This document shows positions 39,008 to 50,328 of a DNA stretch of 64,000 bases, piece by piece. Origin of the DNA: a candidate division WOR-3 bacterium UBA6260 (lineage in GTDB: Bacteria > Hydrothermota > 32-111); contig DJVI01000009.1 in NCBI GenBank assembly GCA_002441125.1, positions 8,175 to 72,174 on the forward strand. Reading direction: 5' to 3'. The stretch's first letter is position 1. Each line of letters opens with the position of its first letter. Under the pieces are notes generated by a model. It made no database searches. It was given only the letters and a program-made list of their open reading frames with translations, and was not told the origin of the DNA. Position numbers and translations under genes: made by a program.

Positions 39008-40157
39008 AATACTATTTTTTATTCTTTTTTTATCAAGTTTACATCTCTTTTCATCATTTGAGGATGCTATAATAATAAGTGAGATAAATGTAGATTCAAT
39101 AGATAAACCATCTTTGAGTTTGAATATAGATATTCCTTCAAAGGATATAATTTTTTTGAAAGATAGTTCAAAATTCACTTCAAAAATCGGTATAACTTTT
39201 ACTTTTTTAAAAGATAATGATAATCCAATAGTTACAAGAAATGTTGATACTTCTTTCAGTTTCGATACTTTTCCATCATCTTTCGATACAGTAGTTTTGA
39301 AATTCAGAAACCTTAATTTTGAAGTTCCAGAACAAGCAAATAAAATATCGATAAACATTTTTGATAAACAGACCGATAGATCTAAAAGTTTTGTTTTCAA
39401 ACTCGATATTCCCAAAGTACCCAAAACAGGTAATTACCTGAAAAGTTTTTCCATATTTAATGGTAAAGATGGTACATTCTTCGCAAGAGATACAATAAAA
39501 ATTGAGACAAACCTTGTAAAAAGAGAAGAAAAAAAAGGAAGTTTCAATGTATTGATAGTTGATCAGACAGAAAGGATAGTTTACAAAAATAAATTCCCAT
39601 CTTTTGGAATAAATGATACGCTTCTTATCTTTAAAGAACTTTATGGTGGGAAATACAAACTGAAAGTTGAATACATTGAAGATAACAAGATTACAAACTT
39701 CCTGACAAAGGATATTCTCATAAAATTTTCTTTTATGAACTCAGAGAGTGAATTTCAGGATATACTGAATGCACTCTCCTATATAGCGAAATGGGATGAA
39801 CTTGATAGACTGAAAAAAGCTCCAAAAGAAAAAAGAGAAGAAGAATGGAACAGATTCTGGATAAAACAGATTTCTGAACCTGTCATTACAACAAATATAT
39901 CTTACTCTGAGTTTATGGAAAGATACAATTATTCGAACAAAAATTTTTCCGGATACAAAAAAGGTTACAGAACAGATTTTGGAAAGATATACATAATGTA
40001 TGGGAAACCTGATGAGATAGAAAGACATCCATTCGATAAGGATAGTAAACCATATGAGATCTGGTATTATTATTCGAACAATATACATTTCATCTTTGTT
40101 GATGTTAACGGTTACGGTGAATATGTTTTACAAAATTATCTTGAACAGTTGAGGTGA
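38997..40157 (+). CDS. GWxTD-domain secreted protein
   Basis: 386 aa. Signal peptide. C-terminal ...GYRTDFGKIYIMYGKPDEIERHP...YEIWYY resembles the GWxTD-domain signature. Confidence 0.5.
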   Translation: MKNKILFFILFLSSLHLFSSFEDAIIISEINVDSIDKPSLSLNIDIPSKDIIFLKDSSKFTSKIGITFTFLKDNDNPIVTRNVDTSFSFDTFPSSFDTVVLKFRNLNFEVPEQANKISINIFDKQTDRSKSFVFKLDIPKVPKTGNYLKSFSIFNGKDGTFFARDTIKIETNLVKREEKKGSFNVLIVDQTERIVYKNKFPSFGINDTLLIFKELYGGKYKLKVEYIEDNKITNFLTKDILIKFSFMNSESEFQDILNALSYIAKWDELDRLKKAPKEKREEEWNRFWIKQISEPVITTNISYSEFMERYNYSNKNFSGYKKGYRTDFGKIYIMYGKPDEIERHPFDKDSKPYEIWYYYSNNIHFIFVDVNGYGEYVLQNYLEQLR

Positions 40158-41473
40158 ATATGAGGGTTCTTAAATTTATGTTTGTTTTGCTATTTTCTAT
40201 TAGTATTTTTTCTAACTATGATGTTTCTATAACTTCTTTTAAGGCAAAAGATAACATACACCAGATTTTCTATGATATCCAATTCTATGCTAAAGATATA
40301 ACATACAAAAATATTGATGGAAAGAATACCGGAATACTACACTTCAAAGTTTTCGTAAAAAATATTGAAACATCACAGGAAATATTCGATGAATGGAATT
40401 CAAAATCCTATATATCACAGTCAGAACAGCTACACAGGGATATGTTTCTTCTCGATAGGGCTTCATTCATACTATCCCCTGCTAAGTATGAGATTAGAAG
40501 TTTAGTTGTTGATTCCTTTTCAAAGAAGGAATTCTCAAGGGTTGATACAATCAGTTTAAAACCCTATGATAACATTCCATCAATATCAAACATACTTGTA
40601 GGATACACAGTAAAAAAAGATTCATTAGAAGGAAAATTTACAAGGAATGGATATTCAGTAACTCCAAACCCATCTAAAATCTTTACTTTGGTGAATCCGC
40701 TCATATACCTTTATTTTGAAATTTATAATCTACATAACAAAGACTACACTATCGATTATCTAATCTACGACGAAAATGATTCTCTTGTTACTATAATAAA
40801 TGGTGACAAAAAAATCTCTCCACAGTTTGATTTTGTAGTTAACAATTTTTTTAATACACTCGGTTTTAAAGATGGGAAATACAGATTGGATGTAAAAATA
40901 AAATATGATGACAAAGAAATTGTTTCATCGACGAATTTTGAAAAATTATCAAATCTTTACTCTGGTCAGGAATCCAAATACAATCTCACAGAAGAGGAAT
41001 TGAAATACTACTCTTTAATCGATTATATAGCATCACCTTCAGAGTTAACACAATATCGTTCCTTAAAAGATCAAAAAGCAAAACACAATTTCCTTATAAA
41101 TTTCTGGGAAAGAAGGGATAAAGATAAGACAAATGATAAATTGGAATCTTTGAAAGAATTCATAACAAAAGTAAAATATGTCAGAAAAAACTTCTCTTCA
41201 GGTGGAGAGGATGGATACCTTTCAGCAAGGGGAAGAATTTATTTGAAATATGGCCCACCGGATGAAACTCTTCTTGTCCCTATGAGTAAAGGAACAAAAA
41301 ATTATGATTCATGGATATACTATTCTAAAGGTGGGATGCAATTTATATTTATGGATATTAAAGGATTTGGTAAATATGAACTTATATATACAAATGTTCT
41401 TGAGGAGGATATACCTCAGAATTGGTCTAATTATATTGATGATTACAATATAATACAATTCTATAGAAATTGA
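40154..41473 (+). CDS. GWxTD-domain secreted protein (paralog)
   Basis: 439 aa. C-terminal ...GYLSARGRIYLKYGPPDETLL...YDSWIYY has the same domain pattern as the upstream gene. Confidence 0.5.
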   Translation: MNMRVLKFMFVLLFSISIFSNYDVSITSFKAKDNIHQIFYDIQFYAKDITYKNIDGKNTGILHFKVFVKNIETSQEIFDEWNSKSYISQSEQLHRDMFLLDRASFILSPAKYEIRSLVVDSFSKKEFSRVDTISLKPYDNIPSISNILVGYTVKKDSLEGKFTRNGYSVTPNPSKIFTLVNPLIYLYFEIYNLHNKDYTIDYLIYDENDSLVTIINGDKKISPQFDFVVNNFFNTLGFKDGKYRLDVKIKYDDKEIVSSTNFEKLSNLYSGQESKYNLTEEELKYYSLIDYIASPSELTQYRSLKDQKAKHNFLINFWERRDKDKTNDKLESLKEFITKVKYVRKNFSSGGEDGYLSARGRIYLKYGPPDETLLVPMSKGTKNYDSWIYYSKGGMQFIFMDIKGFGKYELIYTNVLEEDIPQNWSNYIDDYNIIQFYRN

Positions 41474-41474
41474 T

Positions 41475-43046
41475 ATGAAAAACTTTGATATTATAGTTGT
41501 TGGCTCAGGAATCGCAGGTTTAACTTTCGCATTCAAAATAGCACCATATGTTAACAATGTTTGTCTTATTACAAAAAAGAGTATGGAGGATTCAAACACC
41601 AACTATGCTCAGGGAGGTATTTCAGCAGTATTTGGGGATGATGATTCTTTTGAACTACATATAAAAGACACATTGGAAACAGGAAGATTTTTATCTCACA
41701 GGGACGCTGTTGAAATAATGGTTACCAATGGTCCAAGACTCGTGATGGAGTTAAAAGAACTTGGAGCGAAATTTGAAACTGATGAAAATGGTAAATTCAA
41801 ACTCGGAAAAGAGGGAGGGCATTCAAGAAGAAGAATAGTTCATGCGGGAGATTATACAGGATATGAGATAGAAAAGACATTGATAGAAAATATTAAAACA
41901 TACAACAATGTTTTTATGCATACGAACCATTTCGTATGTGACCTTATTGTTGATGAGAACAATCTATGCCAGGGAGTCTATGTTCTCGATGTTGAAAAAA
42001 ATGAGATTGAGCCATACTTTTCACAGTTCGTTGTAATCGCAACCGGTGGATGCGGTCAGGTTTACAAATTCACAACGAATCCTATGATAGCAACTGGAGA
42101 TGGAATAGCGATTTCATACTTAGCCAACGCAAAGATTGCAAACATGGAATTCTTTCAGTTCCATCCAACAGCACTATACAATTCTGAAGAGATGGGAAGA
42201 TCTTTTTTAATATCTGAAGCTGTAAGAGGTGAAGGAGCATTTTTAAAACTGAAAGACAATAGACCTTTTATGCATAAATACAGTGAAAAAAAATCTTTGG
42301 CTCCAAGGGATATAGTTGCAAGAGCGATAGACACAGAGTTGAAACTTACAGGTGAAGATTTTGTATATCTCGATTTATCTCCTTTTACAGAAAAGAAGTT
42401 TAAGGAGAGGTTTCCTAAAATATATGAGAAATGTAAACAGATGAATATAAATGTTCCTTATGAACCGATACCTGTTGTTCCAGCAGCGCACTATTCCTGT
42501 GGAGGTATTTGCACAGACACAAACGCAAGAAGTTCAATAAAAAATCTCTATGCTATCGGAGAGGTGGCTTGCACAGGTGTTCATGGAGCAAACAGATTGG
42601 CATCCAATTCACTCTTAGAAGCCCTCGTTTTTGCTGATCTCGCCTTCAGGGATGTAAGAGAAAAATTGAAGGAACCATTCGAAACAACAGTTCCCGGTTT
42701 TTACAGCCAACCAAGGCCAATTGATGATGAAACAAAAAATACTCTTATGGGAATTAGAAAACAGTTGAAAGAGATAATGTGGAAAAAAGTTTCTATAGTA
42801 AAAACCGTAAAATCTTTAAAAGAGGCTGACGAACAGATAAACATACTTTCTGAAACTTTCTTCAGTCTTGAGAACTATAATAATGTCGAATATTTTGAAG
42901 TAAGGAATATGTTAATAGTTTCCAAAATAATAATCAATTCAGCTTTGAAAAGAAAAGAATCGAGAGGTTTACACTATGTAAAAGATTTTCCTGAAGAAAA
43001 AAATGAATATTTACATGACACAATCATTCAAAAGGAGGTTTTATGA
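41475..43046 (+). CDS. nadB: L-aspartate oxidase
   Basis: 523 aa. FAD-binding IVVGSGIAGL, YAQGGISAV, and RSFLISEAVRGEGA motifs of NadB/fumarate-reductase flavoproteins. Confidence 0.85.
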   Translation: MKNFDIIVVGSGIAGLTFAFKIAPYVNNVCLITKKSMEDSNTNYAQGGISAVFGDDDSFELHIKDTLETGRFLSHRDAVEIMVTNGPRLVMELKELGAKFETDENGKFKLGKEGGHSRRRIVHAGDYTGYEIEKTLIENIKTYNNVFMHTNHFVCDLIVDENNLCQGVYVLDVEKNEIEPYFSQFVVIATGGCGQVYKFTTNPMIATGDGIAISYLANAKIANMEFFQFHPTALYNSEEMGRSFLISEAVRGEGAFLKLKDNRPFMHKYSEKKSLAPRDIVARAIDTELKLTGEDFVYLDLSPFTEKKFKERFPKIYEKCKQMNINVPYEPIPVVPAAHYSCGGICTDTNARSSIKNLYAIGEVACTGVHGANRLASNSLLEALVFADLAFRDVREKLKEPFETTVPGFYSQPRPIDDETKNTLMGIRKQLKEIMWKKVSIVKTVKSLKEADEQINILSETFFSLENYNNVEYFEVRNMLIVSKIIINSALKRKESRGLHYVKDFPEEKNEYLHDTIIQKEVL

Positions 43047-43330
43047 ATATTAAAATCACAGGAAAACATTTGGAAATTTCACCTGAGATTAAAAATTTTA
43101 TTGAGGAATCTTTAAAACATATAGAGAAATTTGAGCATAACGTTATGGATTGTGAAGTTATTATAGAACTTAATGGTAGAAGGTATAAAGTTGAAATCGA
43201 TGTTGATGTTAAAAAACATAGATTCGTCTCTTCGGATGAATCTTATGATCTTATGACATCGATAGATAAAGCTATAGATAAAATGAAAACTCAACTTAAA
43301 AAGTTCGAGGAGAAAAAACATGACAGATGA
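43043..43330 (+). CDS. hpf: ribosome hibernation-promoting factor (RaiA/HPF family)
   Basis: 95 aa. MNIKITGKHLEISPEIKNFIEE is a canonical HPF N-terminus. Confidence 0.75.
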   Translation: MNIKITGKHLEISPEIKNFIEESLKHIEKFEHNVMDCEVIIELNGRRYKVEIDVDVKKHRFVSSDESYDLMTSIDKAIDKMKTQLKKFEEKKHDR

Positions 43331-44318
43331 AACAAAACATAAAAGTGAATTGACTGTTGAAGATCTTTTTAAAGATAACAAAGAAGAACTATCTTTGACC
43401 GTTGTTTCGGGAATTTTGGGAATGAACAATTTGATAAAGAGTAAAGAGGTAGTGAACGCTGGACTCGCTTTTGCTGGATACACAGAACATATTCAAAAAA
43501 ATTCAATAGTTGTTGCTGGAGATGTTGAACTAAATTTTTTTAACAACCTTAACGGTTCTAAAAGAAAACTTTTTCTATCTTCAATTTTTGATAAAGGGTG
43601 TGCTGCCCTCTTTATTATAACAGAAAAGAAAATCCCAAAAATCATAAAGATCTTTTCAAACAAAAAAAATATTCCCGTTATTACAAGTAACAGATCTATA
43701 TACAGCACCACGAATAAACTCTCTCTCTACCTATCGAGTAAACTTGCAGAATCTGTAACAAAACATGGAACTCTCGTTGATATTTATGGAGTGGGAGTTT
43801 TACTTACAGGTAAAAGCGGAATAGGAAAAAGCGAATGTGCGCTGGACTTGGTTGACAGAGGACATAGACTGGTAGCTGATGATGCGGTAAAAATATACAA
43901 AAGAGGTGAATATATCCTTATGGGAACAGGTATCGCACCAGATTCATCAATACAGTACCATATGGAAGTTAGAGGCGTTGGAATACTCGATATAGCCAAA
44001 ATCTTTGGTATTAGAGGTGTTAGGTTACACAAAAGGATCGAAATTGAAATTAACCTTATTGAGTGGAAACCTGATACAGACATTGAAAGGGTAGGACTAA
44101 AAGAGGAAACATCAAACATCCTCGGTGTTGAAATACCTCTTGTAAAGATACCACTCTTACCCGGAAAGAATATTTCAGTTATTGCAGAGGTTGTAGCTTT
44201 GAACCATCTATTAAAAATTTCCGGTTACGATACAAGTAAAGTATTCAACGCTACACTTATAAAACTGATGCAGGAGAAAGCAAAAAAATTGGCAAGACTC
44301 GATGAGGATGAAGAATGA
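43320..44318 (+). CDS. hprK: HPr kinase/phosphorylase
   Basis: 332 aa. P-loop GVLLTGKSGIGKSECALDL plus LVADDAV motif. Confidence 0.85.
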   Translation: MTDETKHKSELTVEDLFKDNKEELSLTVVSGILGMNNLIKSKEVVNAGLAFAGYTEHIQKNSIVVAGDVELNFFNNLNGSKRKLFLSSIFDKGCAALFIITEKKIPKIIKIFSNKKNIPVITSNRSIYSTTNKLSLYLSSKLAESVTKHGTLVDIYGVGVLLTGKSGIGKSECALDLVDRGHRLVADDAVKIYKRGEYILMGTGIAPDSSIQYHMEVRGVGILDIAKIFGIRGVRLHKRIEIEINLIEWKPDTDIERVGLKEETSNILGVEIPLVKIPLLPGKNISVIAEVVALNHLLKISGYDTSKVFNATLIKLMQEKAKKLARLDEDEE

Positions 44319-44692
44319 TATTTGGAATATTTGCAGGTCATGGTGATTTCGCTTACGAAACTGTTAAGAGTTGTGAAAGTATAATCGGAAATCAGGAGAA
44401 CTATTCTGTAATCTCTAACAGAGATCTTTCAAATGAAGAGATATATAAAAATTTTGAAAATATAATTAAAAAACATTCCGAACATAAAGAATTTTTTATT
44501 TTCGTTGATTTTTACGGCTCATCCATTTCACTTCCAGCTATCAGAATAAAACAAAATTCAGAAAACAGTATAACACTCATTTTTGGCTACAATCTTCCAA
44601 TGGTAATAGATTTTTTCCTTCACAGGAATAAACTGAAAGGTGAACAACTTTTTGAAAAAATAATTGATGTTGGAAGGAAAGGTATAAGATGA
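44315..44692 (+). CDS. PTS EIIA component, mannose/fructose family
   Basis: 125 aa. N-terminal GIFAGHGDFA with active-site His, typical of EIIA-Man. Confidence 0.6.
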   Translation: MIFGIFAGHGDFAYETVKSCESIIGNQENYSVISNRDLSNEEIYKNFENIIKKHSEHKEFFIFVDFYGSSISLPAIRIKQNSENSITLIFGYNLPMVIDFFLHRNKLKGEQLFEKIIDVGRKGIR

Positions 44693-45159
44693 AAATATTA
44701 AGGGTTGATGACAGATTGATACATGGACAGATAATAGCTGGATGGATACCCACTTTCACTATATCAAACATTATACTCATAAACGATTCTATACCTTTAG
44801 ATATGTTACAGATCTATAAGAATATGCTTCCTGTTGAGATTAACCTGTTAATTTTTAACATTAACGAAGTTGATAAGATTATCGATAAAAATTCTTCGAT
44901 TTATCTAATAGAGAGCATCAAGTTATTAAAAAACAATTTGCAAAAATTTGAAAATATCTCTTTCGATCTTTTCAATCTTGGAGGTATGAGAAGTAAAGTT
45001 GATAAAGAAAAGATTTTAGACTTCATTTATATGGATAAAAATGACATTAACGATTTTTTTGAAACTATTAAAAATTTAAAATTTAAAAAAGTTAACGCAC
45101 AACAGTTGCCAAATACACAATCTTTTGATATAAAGAGAATTCTTGAAAGAAGGAGTTGA
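44689..45159 (+). CDS. PTS EIIB component, mannose/fructose family
   Basis: 156 aa. [11 protein letters not shown] active-site His motif of EIIB-Man. Confidence 0.65.
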   Translation: MKILRVDDRLIHGQIIAGWIPTFTISNIILINDSIPLDMLQIYKNMLPVEINLLIFNINEVDKIIDKNSSIYLIESIKLLKNNLQKFENISFDLFNLGGMRSKVDKEKILDFIYMDKNDINDFFETIKNLKFKKVNAQQLPNTQSFDIKRILERRS

Positions 45160-46831
45160 GATGAAAAAAAGAAAATATGGAAGAAGTCTTTTAACAACAA
45201 TTATCGCTACCGTTATTCCCTTTTATGTCGCTTTCCTTTTTATTATTCTTTTTTTCCTCGAATTTAACAATATTTCAAAACATAACAGAGATGTTGAAAA
45301 TTATTTTAAAACTATTATAGAAAACTATTCAGTTTCATCAACAAACTACATAGAAAATAATGATACTTTAGATATCTTTCTGATACTCAAAAATATCTCC
45401 AAAATTCAGGATTTCAAATTCGCTTTCATACTTGATTCTAATTTTGAAATTTTCACCTATTTGAAAGCAAAAGATAAAGATAAAATTGATTTTTCAAAAG
45501 AAACAGCAAAAAGATCTCTTGAGGAATTTTCAGTTATAAAAGAGTTCGATAAGAATATTTTGACGGATATATACTATGCTCCAATATTTTCAGAAAAAAA
45601 TGGGGAAAAGTATCCTGTCGGAGTCTTTTTGGTTGGGTTATCAAGAAGTGAGAATGTGAAATCAATATTTAAAATAATCTTTCAAACTCTTCTTATAATA
45701 GCATTTTCTCTCGTCCTCTTTTTCATAGTAATTCTTATTCTCTATAGAAGGATCAGAAACCCTATCATGATGATAACAAACCAGATGGAGCAGATAAATC
45801 AAGGCAAAGGAAATATTGAAAATCGTAAAATCACTGTTAAAGCTGAAAGAGAGATCAACGATCTCATCGAGGAATTCAACAAAGTTCTCGATATGCTTTA
45901 CATCGTAAAGAATGATGTTTCCCTTGTTACAAATCAGCTTAACGAACATATAGAGATCCTCTCATCCTCATCACAAGAACTTACAGCTTCTTCAGAAGAG
46001 ATCACTTCAACCATTCAAGAAATTTCCCAGAACTCATCTGACCAAGCTAAAAAAATAGAAGAAGTATTCAATAAAACTGAATCAACTAAAAATAATATCA
46101 AAACTTCGTTTGAAAAAACAAAAATGAATGAAGAGTTCTCATCAAAGATAAATCAGGTTACATTAACAGGTAAAGAACTATCCAAAAAGGCTGTTGAAAA
46201 AATTGAGACTATAATAAACAGTTCAAATGAACTTTATGAAAAGATTAAGGACATAAATGAAAAACAGGAAAAGATATCAATAATCACCGATACTATAGAA
46301 TCTATCACGAACAGGACGAACATACTATCTTTGAATGCATCTATAGAAGCTGCAAGAGCTGGAGAATATGGAAAAGGTTTTCAGGTAGTTGCTGAAGAGA
46401 TTAGAAAACTTGCTGAAAAATCACAACAGTCAGCTCTCTCTATCCATTCGATAATAAAAGAAATTAAAGATTCAATAGAGATCTTGATAAATCAAAGTAG
46501 AGAGAATGAAACGGTTCTTAGTGAAGGTAAAGAGGTTATAATAAACACTTCCGAAGTTCTTGAAAATATAAGTAACAGTATCTCTTCTATAGCAGAAAAC
46601 AGTAAAAGTATTTCAGATCAGATAAAGAATGTTAAAGATGTAATAGATGAGTTCAGTTCAACGATCGATGAAGTAGTTAAAATTTCAGAAACCAACGCTT
46701 CAGCGAGTGAGGAAATAGCAGCAAGTATAGAGCAACAGGGTGCATCAATAGAAGAGTTAGCTTCAAGTGCTCAACATCTATATGAAATAGTTGGAAAACT
46801 TAAAGAGGTCGTTAGTAAATTCCAAGGTTGA
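45143..46831 (+). CDS. methyl-accepting chemotaxis protein
   Basis: 562 aa. N-terminal TM/sensor region. Highly conserved MCP signalling motif [31 protein letters not shown]. Confidence 0.8.
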   Translation: MKEGVEMKKRKYGRSLLTTIIATVIPFYVAFLFIILFFLEFNNISKHNRDVENYFKTIIENYSVSSTNYIENNDTLDIFLILKNISKIQDFKFAFILDSNFEIFTYLKAKDKDKIDFSKETAKRSLEEFSVIKEFDKNILTDIYYAPIFSEKNGEKYPVGVFLVGLSRSENVKSIFKIIFQTLLIIAFSLVLFFIVILILYRRIRNPIMMITNQMEQINQGKGNIENRKITVKAEREINDLIEEFNKVLDMLYIVKNDVSLVTNQLNEHIEILSSSSQELTASSEEITSTIQEISQNSSDQAKKIEEVFNKTESTKNNIKTSFEKTKMNEEFSSKINQVTLTGKELSKKAVEKIETIINSSNELYEKIKDINEKQEKISIITDTIESITNRTNILSLNASIEAARAGEYGKGFQVVAEEIRKLAEKSQQSALSIHSIIKEIKDSIEILINQSRENETVLSEGKEVIINTSEVLENISNSISSIAENSKSISDQIKNVKDVIDEFSSTIDEVVKISETNASASEEIAASIEQQGASIEELASSAQHLYEIVGKLKEVVSKFQG

Positions 46832-47419
46832 TCACAACCTTTGAAGTATCATTTTTGAAACTGCCTTAAGGGTTTCAAAAACTCCTATCCCTTGTGTAGC
46901 AACAGCTTCAAAGTATGGGACATTCCAAGGATTTAGAGCTTGTTGTAAATCTTCAATAGATGAAATGTTTGGAAGATCCCTTTTGTTGTATTGCATAACG
47001 AAAGGTATATCTTCTATTTTTAGATTATGTTCAGCAAGATTTTCAAGAAGGTTATCAACACTCTCTATATTATCTTCAAACCTTTCTATCTGTGAATCAG
47101 CAACAAAAACTATCCCATCAACTCCCTTCAAGATCAATTTTCTCGATGCATTGTAATATATTTGTCCTGGGACAGTGTAAAGCTGAAACTTTGTTTTAAA
47201 TCCTTTTACTGAACCAATATCCATAGGAAGAAAGTCGAAAAACAATGTCCTATCCATTTCTGTTGCAAGAGATATCATCTTTCCCCTTGTTTCTGGACTT
47301 ATCTTGTTATATATAACTTTAAGATTTGTTGTTTTCCCCCCTAAACCTGTTCCATAGTAAACTATTTTAAATGTAATTTCTCTTGATGAGTAGTTAATAA
47401 CTGACAAATTATCCTCCAA
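46832..47419 (-). CDS. mglA: Ras-like small GTPase MglA
   Basis: 195 aa. [17 protein letters not shown]-loop. MglA-like overall pattern. Confidence 0.7.
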   Translation of the reverse strand: MEDNLSVINYSSREITFKIVYYGTGLGGKTTNLKVIYNKISPETRGKMISLATEMDRTLFFDFLPMDIGSVKGFKTKFQLYTVPGQIYYNASRKLILKGVDGIVFVADSQIERFEDNIESVDNLLENLAEHNLKIEDIPFVMQYNKRDLPNISSIEDLQQALNPWNVPYFEAVATQGIGVFETLKAVSKMILQRL

Positions 47420-47421
47420 TT

Positions 47422-47919
47422 TTACTTGAACAGATCATCGAGTTCACTCTCCGCTGCCTTTTTAAAATCCTCATTGAAAGTATCTCTCATCCTTTCAGAA
47501 TTACTGTTCAGTTTTGCAAAAATGTTTGTAAAAATCTTTTCAAGTTCAGTAACGGTAGTTTTAATCCTTATCCTTATAAGTCCAAGATTTGTTGATTTAC
47601 CAAAAATCACAACAAGGATTATTCTTGAAAGAATTATTGTAATATATATATTTTCCTGTTTACCCTGATGAAAGAGTTCAGTGAATTCATCTTCTCCAAT
47701 AAGCATTGCAAGTTGACTCGTTGCTGCAAAATCAGCTGCTGCAAGAGAACCAAAGGAAACAAGATCCAAATTCGAAATGTTTCCAACAGATGTTATGAGT
47801 TGTCCAGCTTTATCTACAAGAAGCAGAGCTGTTGCGTTTGTAGAAGTCAACAATTTATTCAGAGAATTGTTTATATCCCAGAAATCCTGTTCAAAGATGC
47901 TCAGATTTTCATATCCCAA
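47422..47919 (-). CDS. mglB: Roadblock/LC7-domain protein (MglB-like GAP)
   Basis: 165 aa. Roadblock-like pattern. Immediately upstream of mglA in the same orientation. Confidence 0.6.
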   Translation of the reverse strand: MGYENLSIFEQDFWDINNSLNKLLTSTNATALLLVDKAGQLITSVGNISNLDLVSFGSLAAADFAATSQLAMLIGEDEFTELFHQGKQENIYITIILSRIILVVIFGKSTNLGLIRIRIKTTVTELEKIFTNIFAKLNSNSERMRDTFNEDFKKAAESELDDLFK

Positions 47920-47927
47920 AAATCCTC

Positions 47928-48851
47928 CTATCTATTTGAACATTCCTCTTTTTTTAGAAGACTCTGATATTTTTCATTCAGATATCTTCTCAACTCTTCA
48001 ACAAGTTCTGGATTGTTCTTAAGATGTTTAAACCTTTGCTGTTTGAAAAGGAATTCCTCAAGAGGTTTTTCCTCTTTAGGTTTTACATTTACTTTATATT
48101 TTCCATTCTCGTACTCAAAAACATTCCAAAAGTGAGTTGATACAGCCAATTGTGATAATTCAACAGATGCTGAAGGTTCTGAACCCCATCCGAGTGGACA
48201 AGGTGAAAGAACATCTATAAAACTGGGACCATCAACCTTTAAAGCTTTTTTAACTTTTTCAACAAAATCGTTCCAATAGAATATTGATGCCTGTGCAACA
48301 TAAGGGATGTTGTGTGCTATCATTATTTCTGTTAGATCCTTTCTATGTTGCATCTTACCTTTTATCTCTTTTCCAGCTGGACTTGTCGTTGTGTTAGCTC
48401 CAAAAGGTGTTGCTGAAGACCTCTGGATACCTGTGTTCATGTAGGCTCCATTATCGTAACACACATAAAGAAGTTTATGTCCCCTTTCCATAGCCCCAGA
48501 TAAAGATTGCAAACCTATATCGTATGTTCCACCATCACCACCAAACGCTATTATATTTATATCCTTATTTATCTTCCCTCTTTTCTTCAAAGCTCTGTAA
48601 GCACTCTCTATACCACTTGCAGTTGCTGCTGAGTTTTCAAAAGCATTATGCATAAAAGGGATTTTCCATGAAGTGTATGGGTATATTGTTGAAACAACCT
48701 CCATACATCCTGTTGCTCCAACGAATACACTATTTTCACCTGCAGCAGCGGAAAGAAGTCTCAAAATTATTGTTCCACCACACCCTGCACATGCTCTATG
48801 TCCGGGGGTGAAAAGATTTCCTTTACTTGCTAAATCTTTTATATTAGCCAT
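47928..48851 (-). CDS. porB: 2-oxoacid (pyruvate):ferredoxin oxidoreductase beta subunit (TPP-binding)
   Basis: 307 aa. HRACAGCGG... and GDG..D TPP-binding pattern. Confidence 0.8.
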   Translation of the reverse strand: MANIKDLASKGNLFTPGHRACAGCGGTIILRLLSAAAGENSVFVGATGCMEVVSTIYPYTSWKIPFMHNAFENSAATASGIESAYRALKKRGKINKDINIIAFGGDGGTYDIGLQSLSGAMERGHKLLYVCYDNGAYMNTGIQRSSATPFGANTTTSPAGKEIKGKMQHRKDLTEIMIAHNIPYVAQASIFYWNDFVEKVKKALKVDGPSFIDVLSPCPLGWGSEPSASVELSQLAVSTHFWNVFEYENGKYKVNVKPKEEKPLEEFLFKQQRFKHLKNNPELVEELRRYLNEKYQSLLKKEECSNR

Positions 48852-48860
48852 TTTTTACTC

Positions 48861-50036
48861 CTACTCTCTTACAGTTATATATTTTACAGATTCACCTTTA
48901 CCATGATTTTCTGTAAAATCTTTTATGTCATTATAAACATTTTCAATGTCCTCAACATCGATATCTCTTCCACCGAGACCATAAACATAATCTCTTACAA
49001 ATGGTCTTGAAGAAGAGTTATAGAGTGCTGATTTTATATCGTTGAAAAGATGACCACCTGTACCAGCGAACATATCACTTCTATCAAAAATCGCACATCC
49101 TTTAATATTTTTCAAAGCTTCAACTATATCCTCCTCAAAGAATGGTCTATAAAATCTAACTTTCAACAATCCAACCTTTTTCCCTTCTTTTCTTAATTTA
49201 TCAACAGTATACCTTAAAGTTCCAGCTGTTGAACCCAAAGCAACAAAACAGAACTCCGCATCATCCATCATATATTTTTCGACAACACTGTAATCCCTTT
49301 TCATCTTTTTATTGAAGTCGTTCAAGATTTCTTTTATCTTAGATTTTGACTCCTTAATAAAGTTTGCCTGCTGGACCTTAATCTCCATATAATAATCCTG
49401 TAAAGCGAGTGGACCTACAGTTATCGGATTGTCAAGATCAAGAAGATTGTAAGGTGATTTAGGTTCACCAAGGTATTCCTTAACCTCTCTATCATCATAC
49501 ATTTCAACTCTCTGCATAGCATGTGATATTATAAAACCATCTGTCGTTACCATCGAAGGTATGAAAAGTTGTTCGGAAAGTTTCATAGCAAGAATAGTCT
49601 GATCGTAAGCTTCCTGAGGATCTTCAGAAAATATTTGTATCCATCCAGCATCCCTTGAAGCCATCGTATCAGAATGATCACAATGAATATTTATAGGAGC
49701 AGATAAAGCTCTATTAACTTCACATATAACTATAGGCAACCTTAAACCACCAGCTATAAAAAGTATCTCGTGCATCAAAGCAAGTCCTTGAGAGGATGTT
49801 CCAGTCATAACCCTTGCTCCGGCAGCTGCAGCACCAACACAGGCTGAAATTGCAGAATGTTCTGATTCTGTTGGAACAAAAACTGTATCAACCTCTCCGT
49901 TACTCACAAAAGATGAAAATATTTGAACTATCTCCGTAGCAGGTGTTATAGGATAGGCAGCAACAACATCTGGATTTATCTGCCTCATAGCTTCAGCCAT
50001 TGCCTCATTACCTGTTTTTGCTACTATTTTAGACAT
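48861..50036 (-). CDS. porA: 2-oxoacid (pyruvate):ferredoxin oxidoreductase alpha subunit
   Basis: 391 aa. Transketolase-like pyrimidine-binding domain pattern. Positioned between the beta and delta subunits. Confidence 0.8.
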   Translation of the reverse strand: MSKIVAKTGNEAMAEAMRQINPDVVAAYPITPATEIVQIFSSFVSNGEVDTVFVPTESEHSAISACVGAAAAGARVMTGTSSQGLALMHEILFIAGGLRLPIVICEVNRALSAPINIHCDHSDTMASRDAGWIQIFSEDPQEAYDQTILAMKLSEQLFIPSMVTTDGFIISHAMQRVEMYDDREVKEYLGEPKSPYNLLDLDNPITVGPLALQDYYMEIKVQQANFIKESKSKIKEILNDFNKKMKRDYSVVEKYMMDDAEFCFVALGSTAGTLRYTVDKLRKEGKKVGLLKVRFYRPFFEEDIVEALKNIKGCAIFDRSDMFAGTGGHLFNDIKSALYNSSSRPFVRDYVYGLGGRDIDVEDIENVYNDIKDFTENHGKGESVKYITVRE

Positions 50037-50052
50037 TTTATTCTCCTTTAAA

Positions 50053-50328
50053 TCATTTCTCTTCTTTTACCATATCTATAGCATCAAATGGACAAACTTT
50101 ACTACATATGCCACAACCTTTACAATGGTCGTAATCGATTCCCAACATCTTGCCATCTTTTACAATTATTGATGAATCTGGACAGAAAAGCCAACATTGT
50201 AAACATTGTTTACATTTATCATTCTTATATAAAGGTTTTTCAGATCTCCAATCACCTGTTTTGAACTCTTCGGCTGTTCCACCTTTAACTATAAGAGCGA
50301 TTTCAACTTCTTTCCAATTCTTTTTCAT
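50053..50328 (-). CDS. porD: 2-oxoacid:ferredoxin oxidoreductase delta subunit (2x[4Fe-4S] ferredoxin)
   Basis: 91 aa. Two CxxCxxCxxxCP motifs (CKQCLQCWLFCP; CKGCGICSKVCP). Confidence 0.75.
   Translation of the reverse strand: MKKNWKEVEIALIVKGGTAEEFKTGDWRSEKPLYKNDKCKQCLQCWLFCPDSSIIVKDGKMLGIDYDHCKGCGICSKVCPFDAIDMVKEEK

Noticed and set aside
46821-46841. Hairpin (AAGGTTG-atca-CAACCTT) at the convergent junction of the MCP gene and mglA as a bidirectional terminator
   Set aside because: The stem is short and AT-rich. It contains the MCP stop codon. It is not followed by a close T-tract on either strand. Weak evidence only.
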